Positions 42,609 to 52,991 of a DNA stretch of 64,000 bases are shown here, one piece after another. The number at the start of each line of letters is the position of its first letter. Position 1 is the first letter of the stretch. A program made the position numbers and the translations under genes. Origin of the DNA: an uncultured SAR86 cluster bacterium (GTDB taxonomy: Bacteria > Pseudomonadota > Gammaproteobacteria > Magnimaribacterales > AG-339-G14); the NCBI GenBank assembly GCA_902525435.1, contig CABZHD010000001.1:100125-164124 (forward strand). Direction: 5' to 3'. The notes beneath the pieces are model-generated. The model was not told where the DNA came from, ran no database searches, and saw only the letters and a program-made list of their open reading frames with translations.

Positions 42609-43710
42609 CTTGTTCATCGGAGTCCTGTCTGGGACGAGTGCAGATTCAATAGATGCAGGGTTATTCAAAATTGATAAAAAGATATCTTTTTTAAACTTTG
42701 CTTCCACCAAATACGATGAAAAACTTAAAGATGCGATCTTAGATATATCAAGAAATAAGAAACTTCCTTCTAAAGGGGTTCTGAAAGATATTGATAATAA
42801 GGTAGGAGAAATTTCAGCCAAGACAATAAATAAGCTCATTAAAAAAACTCCTTTCAAGTCTAGTGAAATTTGTGCAATTGGATCTCATGGACAAACTCTT
42901 ATGCATAAAAGACAAGGAAGGAAAATATTTTCTCTTCAGGTAGGAGACCCACTTTTAATAAGAAGAGAAACAAATATAACCACTGTGTCTAACTTCAGAC
43001 AGGCTAATATAAAAAATGGAGGTCAAGGAGCACCTTTAACTCCATCCTTTCACAAGGAGTTTTTTAAATCTTCTACTGAAGACAGACTCATCATAAACAT
43101 AGGTGGAATTTCAAACATGACATTTCTTCCAAAAAAAGGGAACTCCTTTGGATGGGATTGTGGTCCAGGCAACTGTATGATTGACAATTTTATTCAAAAA
43201 AATTCTGACAAAAAATATCAATTTGATAAGAATGGTCAATTGGCTGCTAAGGGAGACATTTACCCATACGAAATTGAAATTGACAAATATCTAAAATCGA
43301 AATTATTTCAGTTTGAGCTGCCAAATAGCTATTCAATTGAAAATTTTAATTTAGAAAAATTCCAAATAAAACTTGGAAAAGCTTCTTCTGCTGATCAAGC
43401 AGCCTGCCTAACAGAAATAACCGCTCGATCAATCTTTAAAAGCATCGAAAATTTTTGTCCTATCAAAAAAGCTTCTGTTTACCTCTGTGGTGGCGGAGCA
43501 GAAAATAAGTTTCTGGTATCAAGATTAAAGATACTTCTTGGATCGTCGTTTCCAATAAAAAATATAAATACTTTGGGACTTAAGCCAAAATATATTGAAG
43601 CAGCAACTTTTGCTTGGTTGGCAAAAAAAAGACTTAATGGGGAGAAAATATACTTAAAGATTTCAACGGGCGCTAAACCTAGCTTATTGGGCGAGATTAA
43701 CAAAAATTAA
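42586..43710 (+). CDS. anmK: Anhydro-N-acetylmuramic acid kinase
   Basis: Motifs SGTSADSIDA, GSHGQT, GGQGAPL, NIGGISN, DCGPGN, EAATFAWLA. Confidence 0.93.
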   Translation: MKKKLKSNLFIGVLSGTSADSIDAGLFKIDKKISFLNFASTKYDEKLKDAILDISRNKKLPSKGVLKDIDNKVGEISAKTINKLIKKTPFKSSEICAIGSHGQTLMHKRQGRKIFSLQVGDPLLIRRETNITTVSNFRQANIKNGGQGAPLTPSFHKEFFKSSTEDRLIINIGGISNMTFLPKKGNSFGWDCGPGNCMIDNFIQKNSDKKYQFDKNGQLAAKGDIYPYEIEIDKYLKSKLFQFELPNSYSIENFNLEKFQIKLGKASSADQAACLTEITARSIFKSIENFCPIKKASVYLCGGGAENKFLVSRLKILLGSSFPIKNINTLGLKPKYIEAATFAWLAKKRLNGEKIYLKISTGAKPSLLGEINKN

Positions 43711-44060
43711 ATTGAAAAGGATGCTCCGCAACCGCATTGAGTTGCAGCATTTGGATTATCAACAACAAATTTTGCTCCCTCAAGATTCTGCACATAATCT
43801 ATAGTAGATCCAAATACATATTGCATACTTAGAGGATCTACGACAACGTCTGCACCATCAAAATCTATAAGAGTGTCCTCATCATCTTTTTGATCATCAA
43901 ATTTGAATCCATATTGGAAGCCTGAACAGCCACCACCAGTAACAAAAACTCTTAACATAAGAGATTTATTTGATTCTTCTTCTCTCAGTGAGAGAATTTT
44001 TGAAATTGCATTTTCTGTTAAGAAAATTTCTTTGGGTTCAAATTTTTCTATCATTATCAA
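43707..44060 (-). CDS. erpA: Fe-S cluster insertion protein
   Basis: Motifs LRVFVTGGGCSGFQYGF, NPNA, CGCGASF. Confidence 0.93.
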   Translation of the reverse strand: MIMIEKFEPKEIFLTENAISKILSLREEESNKSLMLRVFVTGGGCSGFQYGFKFDDQKDDEDTLIDFDGADVVVDPLSMQYVFGSTIDYVQNLEGAKFVVDNPNAATQCGCGASFSI

Positions 44061-45073
44061 TATTTTAGCGAATGAAACTCATCTATGTCATGCATAAGAT
44101 TAAAACACTGAATTGCTTGACTTGCTGCACCTTTAAGTAGGTTGTCTAAGGCAGCATTTATGATTAATTTGTTGCTGCTCTTTTTGGCACTAACGGCTAT
44201 TTCGCAAGTTGGCATCCCGCTTACATTAGTTATTTCAGGTACTGTACCTTTTTTTAAAACTTTTACTAGTTTTTCATCGACATAGTAATCTTCGTAAATT
44301 TTTTGGAAATCTTTGTTTATATCTTCAGGTTCAACATATGCTGTTATGTACTCCCCCCTGAAGTGAGGGAGTAAGTGGGGAACAAACGAAACATTAAATT
44401 TCTGATCCATGATTTTGTCTGCATAGTATTTGATCTCATCCTCATGCCTGTGAAAATCAGGAGAGTAAACTTTAAAGTTATCTTTCATTGACTCTGCGAG
44501 GCCCCCTTCAGATTTTGCTTTTCCAGCTCCACTGTAACCAGATTTAGCATCTATGATGATATCGTTACTTTTAAGCTGACTCATGATCGGCATTAGTGAC
44601 AAGAGACTTGCAGTTGGATAGCAACCTGGCACCGCAACTAAGTGAGATATCTTTATGTCGTCCCTGTAAAGTTCTGGCAAACCATAGATGCTCTCCTTCA
44701 AATTTATAGGATCTTTATGATCAGTGTCATAATTTTTCTTCCATCTATCTGCATCATTGAATCTATAATCAGCTGATAAATCGATAATTTTGACTCCTGC
44801 AGATAATATCTTTGAAACATACTGCATTGAAAAACCGTGAGGAGTACAAAAGAAGATGGCATCAATATTAGAAAAAGACGCTTTATCGATATCTGAAATA
44901 ATCAAGGCTTCATCTTTCTTTTTGACAGAAGATGGTTCCTCCAGCCTCTCTCCGATACTTGATGATGCATATACAGATACAATTTCTATATGCTCATGTG
45001 CATCCAGAATTTTTTTTAATTCCTTTCCAGAGTATCCCGTGACTCCTGCTATGGCGATTTTAATTTTTTTCAT
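44057..45073 (-). CDS. argC: N-acetyl-gamma-glutamyl-phosphate reductase
   Basis: Motifs GVTGYSG, DLSADYR, PGCYPT, SGYSGAG, DNLLKGAA. Confidence 0.95.
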   Translation of the reverse strand: MKKIKIAIAGVTGYSGKELKKILDAHEHIEIVSVYASSSIGERLEEPSSVKKKDEALIISDIDKASFSNIDAIFFCTPHGFSMQYVSKILSAGVKIIDLSADYRFNDADRWKKNYDTDHKDPINLKESIYGLPELYRDDIKISHLVAVPGCYPTASLLSLMPIMSQLKSNDIIIDAKSGYSGAGKAKSEGGLAESMKDNFKVYSPDFHRHEDEIKYYADKIMDQKFNVSFVPHLLPHFRGEYITAYVEPEDINKDFQKIYEDYYVDEKLVKVLKKGTVPEITNVSGMPTCEIAVSAKKSSNKLIINAALDNLLKGAASQAIQCFNLMHDIDEFHSLKY

Positions 45074-45124
45074 TATCTATATTTAAAAACGGCTGGGAAT
45101 TATACTTAATTAAAATCAAAAAAC

Positions 45125-45871
45125 ATGAAAAAGAAAATTTTAATTATAGGGGGGCATGATCCAAGCGGAGGAGCTGGAGTGATGATGGATGCTAATATTT
45201 GTCGCCTTAATGAATGTCATCCACTGACTTTAATAACTAGTGAAACTGTCCAAAATTCACAGAAATCTAAAGATAATTTTCCTGCAACTGAGAAAGTATT
45301 TAAAAAACAATTAGATTTCATTCTTGATGATATAAAACCAGATGCAATCAAAATTGGCCTGATTGGTAGCTATGAGATTGCTCGGGTAATAAAGAATTTT
45401 CTAGTAAAAACAAAAATGCCTGTTGTGATAGATCCTGTAATTGGGCCAACATCTGGAAAGTCTTTTTTAAATAAAAAAGCTATCGAATTTATGAGAGATG
45501 AATTATTACCTCTAGCTAGTATCGTAACACCTAATGAAGATGAACTTCTTAAATTAAGTAATAAAAATAATATAGAAAATTCAATCAAGTTCTTTTATGA
45601 AATAGGGATTAAAAATACTTTAGTCACTGGCAAAATTAAAAATAACAAGATTGTGAATTATTTATTTAGCGATGGATCTGATCCACTTCAATTTAAGAAT
45701 CATCTTTTAAAAGGAAATTTTCATGGAACGGGATGTATGCTCTCATCTTTGTTAACTATTTTTTTAGCAAAAAAATTCTCTGTTGTAGACTCTTGTGAAA
45801 AGGCAAGCAATCAAACTTCCTCATACTTGAAACTTTTCAAGAAAATTGGAAAGGGTCAAAAATTGTTATGA
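45125..45871 (+). CDS. thiD: Hydroxymethylpyrimidine/phosphomethylpyrimidine kinase
   Basis: Motifs DPSGGAG, IKIGL, IDPV, TPNxxE, HGTGC. Confidence 0.88.
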   Translation: MKKKILIIGGHDPSGGAGVMMDANICRLNECHPLTLITSETVQNSQKSKDNFPATEKVFKKQLDFILDDIKPDAIKIGLIGSYEIARVIKNFLVKTKMPVVIDPVIGPTSGKSFLNKKAIEFMRDELLPLASIVTPNEDELLKLSNKNNIENSIKFFYEIGIKNTLVTGKIKNNKIVNYLFSDGSDPLQFKNHLLKGNFHGTGCMLSSLLTIFLAKKFSVVDSCEKASNQTSSYLKLFKKIGKGQKLL

Positions 45872-46512
45872 AAGGCATTTACGCAATTACTCCAGATGAT
45901 ATTGAAGAAAATGAATTGATAGAAAAGTCACAAGAATTGATAGAGGCAAAAATTAATTTTCTCCAAATCAGAAGAAAGGCTGACACATTAGATCAGATAT
46001 ATTCTGTGGCTAGCAAGATAGTAAAATTCACAAAAAATCATAGCTGTAAATTGATCATTAATGATCACATAGAGATTGCAAAAGATTTAAATGCTGATGG
46101 CGTCCACTTAGGGATGGAAGATTATGAGAACTTTCTTAAAAAACCTGATGACCAAAAAAAAGTATTTAGCTCATATTTTAGAGAAAAAGTTATAGGTCTT
46201 TCTTGCAAAAATAATCTAGGTCTCGTGAAAAATCCCCCTGTCGATTTATTTGACTGGGATTATTTAGCTGTTGGCTCTATGTTTAGAACAACAACTAAGA
46301 CTGATACCGTTTTAGTGAATGCTAATCAAAGATCTCTTTTGATAAAGAATTCTTCTAAGCCTTTAATTGCGATTGGAGGAATTGATGAAAAAAATATAGG
46401 AGTACTTTTAAAGGATAATTATAATTTTTTTGCAATTTCAAAATTTCTTTTTAATAATGATTCACCTTCAACAGCTTTAAAGAAAATAAAAAAAATTATT
46501 AAAGGAAGTTAA
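45868..46512 (+). CDS. thiE: Thiamine-phosphate synthase
   Basis: Motifs YAIT, QIRRK, LIINDH, GVHLG, TTTK, AIGGI. Confidence 0.88.
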   Translation: MKGIYAITPDDIEENELIEKSQELIEAKINFLQIRRKADTLDQIYSVASKIVKFTKNHSCKLIINDHIEIAKDLNADGVHLGMEDYENFLKKPDDQKKVFSSYFREKVIGLSCKNNLGLVKNPPVDLFDWDYLAVGSMFRTTTKTDTVLVNANQRSLLIKNSSKPLIAIGGIDEKNIGVLLKDNYNFFAISKFLFNNDSPSTALKKIKKIIKGS

Positions 46513-47517
46513 ATGGCTAAATTCGATCTCATTGGACTTGGAAATGCCCTAGTTGATAGTGAATTTCACGTAACTGATTCTTTTCTAAAGAAAAAAGGTT
46601 TTGAAAAAGGGACTATGCATTTAGTTGATTCCGACGAACAAACTAATTTATTAAATAGTTTAGAAAAAGAGTATGGAAAACCCAGTTTAGCTTGTGGAGG
46701 ATCTGCAACTAATACTATTTTTGCTGCATCAATTTTAGGATCATCCTGCAGCTATATATGTAAGGTAGGAAATGACAAGAATGGTAATTTTTATTTAGAC
46801 GATCTCTCTGATGCAGGAGTGAATATAGATCACTCAGTTATGCTAGATTCAAATATAAATTCTGGAACTTGCACGGTCATGGTAAGTCCAGACGCTGAAA
46901 GAACAATGAGTACCTGCTTAGGAATAAGCTCTGATTTGTCTGCCACAGATGTAGCTGATGAGATATTTAATGATAGCAAATTAATATATTTGGAAGGATA
47001 TATGATGAGCGGAGATGATTCTTATGATGCCTGCATGGAAGCAATAAGATTGGCAAAAAGTAAAAATGTTCAAATTGCTTTCACTTTATCAGATCCAAAC
47101 ATAGTGTCATCATTTAAGGAAAGGATGCTAAATGTTTTGAATTCCAAAGTTGATGTTTTGTTTTGTAACGATGAAGAAGCAAAAGTAATAACTGATTTAG
47201 AAAACCTTGAGCATGCAATAAAGAAACTCGGAGAGTATTCAAAAAAAGTTTTCGTAACTCTTGGCTCTAAAGGAGCTATGATCCTTGAAAATAGTGATAT
47301 TGAATATGTTGAAGGATACAAAGTGGATCCAATAGATACAAATGGAGCTGGAGATATGTTTGCTGGAGCCGTTTTAAATCGTTTGCTTGGAGGATCTTCA
47401 AATGAAGAAGCTGCGAAATTTGGATGTTTTTTAGCTTCAAGAGGCGTAACCGTTTTTGGTCCTAGATTGCAAAGAGAAGACTATTTAAAGTACCAAAAAG
47501 AATTCAATTCACTTTAA
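46513..47517 (+). CDS. PfkB-family kinase (adenosine kinase-like)
   Basis: Motifs GNALVD, GGSATNT, DAERTM, DTNGAGDMFAG. Confidence 0.88.
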   Translation: MAKFDLIGLGNALVDSEFHVTDSFLKKKGFEKGTMHLVDSDEQTNLLNSLEKEYGKPSLACGGSATNTIFAASILGSSCSYICKVGNDKNGNFYLDDLSDAGVNIDHSVMLDSNINSGTCTVMVSPDAERTMSTCLGISSDLSATDVADEIFNDSKLIYLEGYMMSGDDSYDACMEAIRLAKSKNVQIAFTLSDPNIVSSFKERMLNVLNSKVDVLFCNDEEAKVITDLENLEHAIKKLGEYSKKVFVTLGSKGAMILENSDIEYVEGYKVDPIDTNGAGDMFAGAVLNRLLGGSSNEEAAKFGCFLASRGVTVFGPRLQREDYLKYQKEFNSL

Positions 47518-47575
47518 AAAAAACTAGTAAATTAAAGTTTCTTTTGCTATCTTGCTCAACCTAAATTTCTAATTG

Positions 47576-48217
47576 ATGGCTACAGCAAAAAAAACAAAAT
47601 CGAAACCAAAAGCTTCCTCAAAGAAAGTTTCTGCAAAAACAAAGTCATCAACTAAAGCAGCAAAGGCAGTAAAAAAATCAGTTAATAAAACCACTGCAAG
47701 AAAAGCTCCTGCAAAGAGGGCTGCTGCAAAAAAATCTACTACAAAGAAGGCTGCCAAAAAAACAGCTCCTAAAAAATCTAATATAGATATTTCTGATTTT
47801 TCAAATTTTTCTAGCACCTTTCAGCCTTACAGATCGAAAAAAAATGAAAAATATATGAATGCTAATCAAAAAAAGCATTTTGAAAATATTCTACAAGCTT
47901 GGAAAGATGCCCTTCACGAAGAGCAAGAAAAAACCGAAAATTTAATTCAGACTGATCAAGGTAATTTCCCTGATTCTGTAGATAGAGCATCTAAAGAAGA
48001 GGAATTCATGCTTGAACTACGAAAAAGAGACAGAGAAAGGAAACTCATTTCAAAAATTGAACAGTCTATGAAGGATCTATCAGATAATTTTTACGGCTTC
48101 TGTGAAACTTGCGGTATTGAGATAGGAATTAAAAGACTTGAAGCAAGGCCCACTGCAACACAATGCATTGATTGTAAAACAATCGAAGAGATTAAAGAAA
48201 AGCAACAATACGGATAA
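47576..48217 (+). CDS. dksA: RNA polymerase-binding factor DksA with Lys/Ala-rich N-terminal extension
   Basis: YMN...HF, DSVDRA tip motif, CETC...RLEARP...CIDCK zinc finger. Confidence 0.95.
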   Translation: MATAKKTKSKPKASSKKVSAKTKSSTKAAKAVKKSVNKTTARKAPAKRAAAKKSTTKKAAKKTAPKKSNIDISDFSNFSSTFQPYRSKKNEKYMNANQKKHFENILQAWKDALHEEQEKTENLIQTDQGNFPDSVDRASKEEEFMLELRKRDRERKLISKIEQSMKDLSDNFYGFCETCGIEIGIKRLEARPTATQCIDCKTIEEIKEKQQYG

Positions 48218-48219
48218 AA

Positions 48220-48684
48220 ATGCCTAATGGATCTGATCAGGTCTACCTAGTTTCAGGCAGTAATTCTGGCAATTCACAAAATTACCTAAAAAAAGCTATT
48301 CTTCTTATCGAGAGGATTAAAAACACAAAAATAATTTCTACTTCGTCAATCTATCAATCCAAAAGTTACGGTCCAATTAAACAAAGGGACTATTTAAATC
48401 AGGCCATCCATATTAAAACAAAGTTAAATCCTTTTGAGTTACTCGATCAGGTCTTATCTATAGAAGATAATTTAGGTCGAGTTAGAGATGAAAGATGGGG
48501 GCCAAGAATCATCGATATAGATATTGTTTTTTATGGTGATGAAGAAATCTCAACTCCCAATCTCACAATTCCTCATTATGATTGGAAAAATAGGGATTTT
48601 TTTATTGCATGCTTGGAAGAAATAAGTTGCCCTTTCGTTGAGGGGAATGGTTTATCATTGAAGAAAGTAAAAAAGCTAGTTTGA
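48220..48684 (+). CDS. folK: HPPK (dihydropterin pyrophosphokinase)
   Basis: Motifs [24 protein letters not shown]. Confidence 0.92.
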   Translation: MPNGSDQVYLVSGSNSGNSQNYLKKAILLIERIKNTKIISTSSIYQSKSYGPIKQRDYLNQAIHIKTKLNPFELLDQVLSIEDNLGRVRDERWGPRIIDIDIVFYGDEEISTPNLTIPHYDWKNRDFFIACLEEISCPFVEGNGLSLKKVKKLV

Positions 48685-48686
48685 AA

Positions 48687-50621
48687 ATGTCAGATAAGAT
48701 CTTTCCAGTACCAAAAAAATCTAATCTTGTTCCGCTTATTTCTGACGAGAAATACAGTGAACTTTATAGATTCTCCATAGATAACCCAAAAGAATTTTGG
48801 GGTGAGCAAGCTCTATCTAGGATAAATTGGATAAAGCCTTTTGATGATGTGCTTTCCACAAATATGGAAAAAGCTGAGTTTGAGTGGTTTTCTAATGGAA
48901 AGTTAAATGCTTGCTTTAATTGCGTTGACAAACATCTTGAAAATAATGGCAATGACATCGCTTTCATTTGGGAAAGTGACGACGGCAGCACATCTAAAAA
49001 AATTACTTACAAAGAATTATATGAAGAGGTATGTCGATTATCTAATTTACTTAAATCAAGAGGAATAAAAAAAGGAGATAGGGTGTGTATTTACATGCCC
49101 ATGATTTTGGAGGCTATTTATTCAATGCTTGCCTGCGCAAGAATTGGTGCGGTACATTCAGTAGTTTTTGGAGGATTTTCTGTCGAATCATTGAAAGACA
49201 GAATTCTTGATTCTGATTGCCATACGATAATTACTGCAAATGAAGGATTAAGAGGAGGTAAAAAAGTTCCTCTAAAAAACAATGTGGACTCCGCAGTAGA
49301 GCAATGTCCTAATGTTCACACTGTTATAGTTGTTAAAAATACAGATACAGAAATTGATACAAATCCTGAGATTGATGTTGCCTACTCTGACGTAATTTCA
49401 AATTTTGAACCCCACTGTGAATGTGAACCAATGGATTCTGAAGATCCACTTTTTATTCTTTACACATCTGGTTCAACCGGAAAACCAAAAGGAGTCTTGC
49501 ATACAACAGCTGGATACCTTCTCTCTTCTGGAATAACTCACGAACTTGTATTCAATTATAAAAAAGACAAGGTTTATTGGTGCACAGCGGACGTAGGTTG
49601 GATAACCGGTCATACTTATATTGTTTATGGTCCTCTGATGAACTGTGCTACCTCAGTTATTTTCGAGGGAGTCCCAACTTATCCAGATTATTCAAGATTT
49701 TGGGATATTGTGGATAAATATAAGGTAAATATTTTTTATACAGCTCCAACAGCGATAAGAGCATTAATGGCTCAAGGTGATGAACCTGTAAAAAAAACCG
49801 ATAGGGGATCTTTAGAAGTGCTAGGAACCGTAGGAGAACCAATAAATCCAGAAGCTTGGGAATGGTATTTTAATGTGGTGGGTAATAGTCAATGTCCAAT
49901 TGTCGACACCTGGTGGCAAACAGAAACTGGAGCAATGATGATAACTGGCCTAGCTGCTTTAACATCTCAGAAACCTGGCAGTGCTTCTAAGCCATTTCTT
50001 GGAGTAAATCCTGTGCTTCTAGATGAAAATGGCAAAGAAATATCTGGAGCAGGTACAGGTAATTTAGCCATCAAAGATCCATGGCCCTCTCAAATCAGAT
50101 CAGTGTATGGAGATCATCAAAGATGCATTGATACATATTTTAAAACTTACCCTGGGTATTATTTTACTGGGGATGGGGCTAAAAGAGATGAAGATGGATA
50201 TTTTTGGATAACTGGAAGGGTTGATGATGTTTTAAATGTCTCAGGACATAGGCTTGGCACCGCTGAAATTGAAAGTGCATTAGTCTTGCATGAGCAAGTC
50301 GCAGAAGCTGCTGTTGTTGGTTATGAACATAAAATAAAAGGGCAAGGAATTTACTGTTACGTTACCCTAATGGTAGGTTCGTTGGGTAAAGACTCTCTAA
50401 AGATAGAATTAGTGGATTTGGTAGCTAAAGAGATTGGTGCCATCGCTAAACCAGACATTATTCAATTTTCTCCTGACTTGCCTAAAACGAGGTCAGGAAA
50501 AATTATGCGAAGAATTCTGAGAAAAATTGCTGCAAATGAGATCTATGATCTTGGAGATACGACAACCCTTGCTGATCCTGGTGTAGTTGACCAATTGATC
50601 AACAATCGATTAAATAAATAA
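48687..50621 (+). CDS. acs: Acetyl-CoA synthetase
   Basis: Motifs [41 protein letters not shown]. Start is ATG 48687 (TTG 48681 possible). Confidence 0.97.
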   Translation: MSDKIFPVPKKSNLVPLISDEKYSELYRFSIDNPKEFWGEQALSRINWIKPFDDVLSTNMEKAEFEWFSNGKLNACFNCVDKHLENNGNDIAFIWESDDGSTSKKITYKELYEEVCRLSNLLKSRGIKKGDRVCIYMPMILEAIYSMLACARIGAVHSVVFGGFSVESLKDRILDSDCHTIITANEGLRGGKKVPLKNNVDSAVEQCPNVHTVIVVKNTDTEIDTNPEIDVAYSDVISNFEPHCECEPMDSEDPLFILYTSGSTGKPKGVLHTTAGYLLSSGITHELVFNYKKDKVYWCTADVGWITGHTYIVYGPLMNCATSVIFEGVPTYPDYSRFWDIVDKYKVNIFYTAPTAIRALMAQGDEPVKKTDRGSLEVLGTVGEPINPEAWEWYFNVVGNSQCPIVDTWWQTETGAMMITGLAALTSQKPGSASKPFLGVNPVLLDENGKEISGAGTGNLAIKDPWPSQIRSVYGDHQRCIDTYFKTYPGYYFTGDGAKRDEDGYFWITGRVDDVLNVSGHRLGTAEIESALVLHEQVAEAAVVGYEHKIKGQGIYCYVTLMVGSLGKDSLKIELVDLVAKEIGAIAKPDIIQFSPDLPKTRSGKIMRRILRKIAANEIYDLGDTTTLADPGVVDQLINNRLNK

Positions 50622-50623
50622 AT

Positions 50624-51265
50624 ATGTTTTTTATAGATAGATCCAAAAAAACCCTAATGGTGAATGAGCAAGATTCTCTCCCTGGGAGAATTGATGAAAT
50701 GCAGTTTAACGAAAGTCACTTTGTAAATAACTCTTCAATGATAGGGCCCTTTCCTGAAGGTATGTCTGAAATATTTCTTGGGATGGGCTGCTTCTGGGGA
50801 GCTGAGCGACTTTTTTGGAACATAGAAGGAGTTTATGTTACTTCGGTTGGTTATGCAGGAGGCTTTACGCCTAACCCTCTTTATGAGGAAGTTTGTAGTG
50901 GCCTAACCGGACATACTGAGGTTGTGCATGTGGTGTTTGATCCCAAAACTATCTCCTTACAAGAAATACTTAAGATTTTTTGGGAGGGGCATGATCCTAC
51001 TCAAGGGATGAGACAAGGCAATGACATGGGAACGCAATATCGATCTGCAATTTATTACTCTGATGAAACTTTATTGGATCAAATCAAAAAAAGTGAAGTG
51101 AATTACAGCGAAGCACTAAAAAAAGAAGGATATACTGATATAACCACTGAAATTCTTCCATTAAAAGATTACTTTTATGCTGAGGATTATCATCAACAAT
51201 ACCTTGCAAAAAACCCAAACGGTTATTGTGGTATCGGGGGCTGCGGAGTAAGATTTCCGGATTAA
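50624..51265 (+). CDS. msrA: Peptide methionine sulfoxide reductase A
   Basis: Motifs GMGCFWG, QGNDMGTQYRS, AEDYHQQY. Confidence 0.96.
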   Translation: MFFIDRSKKTLMVNEQDSLPGRIDEMQFNESHFVNNSSMIGPFPEGMSEIFLGMGCFWGAERLFWNIEGVYVTSVGYAGGFTPNPLYEEVCSGLTGHTEVVHVVFDPKTISLQEILKIFWEGHDPTQGMRQGNDMGTQYRSAIYYSDETLLDQIKKSEVNYSEALKKEGYTDITTEILPLKDYFYAEDYHQQYLAKNPNGYCGIGGCGVRFPD

Positions 51266-51267
51266 AG

Positions 51268-52089
51268 TTAGCCCCAGATATAAATATCTTTATCTTTAGT
51301 TACTTTTTCTTCTTCTATCAACTTTATTAAATGAGCCTCTAGAGAAGATTTTGCGATGCCATGCAAGTGACTTCCAACATCATCATAAACTTTTGGCAAA
51401 AGTTCATCTATCGTACATCGATTTAACTCAGTTATTGCATCAACTACTTTTTTCTCTCTAAACATCCTATGGCTTACTATCCAGTCAACAACAGCATTAG
51501 CATCTCGCATGGTTTCACCATGTCCAGGTGCAATGGTTTCGATACCAAGTGCTTTCAGTCTTTCTAAAGAATCAATGTATTCCCTCATGTTTCCATCGGG
51601 AGGAGAAATTACAACAGTAGATCCCTCCATGATGTGGTCTCCAGTAAATAACATTTTCTCTTCTTCTAAGAAAAAACAAATATGATTAGATGCATGTCCA
51701 GGAGTATGAATAGCAATCAAAGTATGATCGACTTCTTTGATCTCATCTCCTTCTGAAAGTTCTTTGTTTGGTTTAAAAGTTCTATCTTGATGCTTTGGAT
51801 ACTTGGCATACATACCCATCACTGGAGCCGCAGTCCTTTGGTGAAGTAATTTTGCCCCAGGTGAGTGATCTGGATGCGTGTGTGTCACAAGAATCTGTGA
51901 AATATCCTCTCCACAAACTTTTACAATATCTTTGATATGTTCTTCAATGGCTGGTCCAGGATCGATGACTGTGAAATTTTCTTTACCGACTATATAAGTA
52001 TTTGTTCCAGGTCCTGTAAAGACACTTGGGTTGCCTGCAGTTAATCTTTTTACTAAAGGTGATAGCTCAGTGATCTTCATAACCTTCAT
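51268..52089 (-). CDS. MBL-fold metallohydrolase (LACTB2-like)
   Basis: Motifs NPSVFTGPGTNTY, THTHPDH, TPGHASNH, GDH, PGHG; C-terminal winged-helix-like region. Confidence 0.88.
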   Translation of the reverse strand: MKVMKITELSPLVKRLTAGNPSVFTGPGTNTYIVGKENFTVIDPGPAIEEHIKDIVKVCGEDISQILVTHTHPDHSPGAKLLHQRTAAPVMGMYAKYPKHQDRTFKPNKELSEGDEIKEVDHTLIAIHTPGHASNHICFFLEEEKMLFTGDHIMEGSTVVISPPDGNMREYIDSLERLKALGIETIAPGHGETMRDANAVVDWIVSHRMFREKKVVDAITELNRCTIDELLPKVYDDVGSHLHGIAKSSLEAHLIKLIEEEKVTKDKDIYIWG

Positions 52090-52927
52090 CCCCTGGCAAA
52101 AGTCCTACTAGCTTTCCATCTTCCATGAAAAATTTTGGAAGTATGGAGGGAGACTTTTGGTGATTATTTTTAGATTTATCGTCTAGTAGATCCTCAGTTG
52201 TTGAAAATCCTGAAATAGCTTCGAGATTTTTTATGGTTGGCATGATAATCGGAAAAGTTCCTTCAGCACCTTTTGTTAGTGCTTCCTCTGGAGTAATCCA
52301 AGTGCTCTTAACTCCCTCGCCACCATCGTGCTCTGCTTTTTGATGTTCCGGTGAAAGCGCGACAAAAAATCTAGTGTCGTACCTACGTTTTTCCATTTTT
52401 GGGGTAATCCAATGAGATAAAAATCCTAGATGATCCGTGGCAAGAGTCAGATTAAATTCTTCGCAAATTTCATTTAAAACATGCTCTCCGTTATTTAACT
52501 TATCACGATAAGAATCAAGAATTTTTTGTTGCTCGACATCTGGATTGAATAGTTTCTTGTCTTCGGTATAGGCTAAAAGAACTCCGCATTCTTCAAAGCA
52601 TTCTCTGATGCAAGCTACCCAATAACCCAAACCTGAGGATTCGATGCCCAAGATTTCAGAAGCTTTTTGATCATTTAGTCCTCCACATTTATCGTACAGG
52701 GACTCTTGGTAGTCTTCTTGATCTAACTTACCGCCTGGAAAAACCCAAGCGCCGCCAAAATTTGTTTTGGCTGCTCTTTGGATCATAAAAACCTCTGGGG
52801 TGGTTTTCCCTTCTCTAACCAATAAAACTGTAGCGGCAGGCACTGGGGTTGCAGCCTCTTGATTTGGATCAGCAATGCTGTGATTTATTTTATATTGATG
52901 CTCTTTATTCGAATCTTTATCGGACAT
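52067..52927 (-). CDS. NUDIX hydrolase (Nudt19-like)
   Basis: Motifs PAATV, VFPGG, IRECFEECG, HWITP, RRYDTRFF. Confidence 0.88.
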   Translation of the reverse strand: MSDKDSNKEHQYKINHSIADPNQEAATPVPAATVLLVREGKTTPEVFMIQRAAKTNFGGAWVFPGGKLDQEDYQESLYDKCGGLNDQKASEILGIESSGLGYWVACIRECFEECGVLLAYTEDKKLFNPDVEQQKILDSYRDKLNNGEHVLNEICEEFNLTLATDHLGFLSHWITPKMEKRRYDTRFFVALSPEHQKAEHDGGEGVKSTWITPEEALTKGAEGTFPIIMPTIKNLEAISGFSTTEDLLDDKSKNNHQKSPSILPKFFMEDGKLVGLLPGDEGYEDH

Positions 52928-52991
52928 TGACTAAAATTATTTTTGAAAAGAAATAGAATAACACTATATTTACAAACATCTAATTGAAAAA

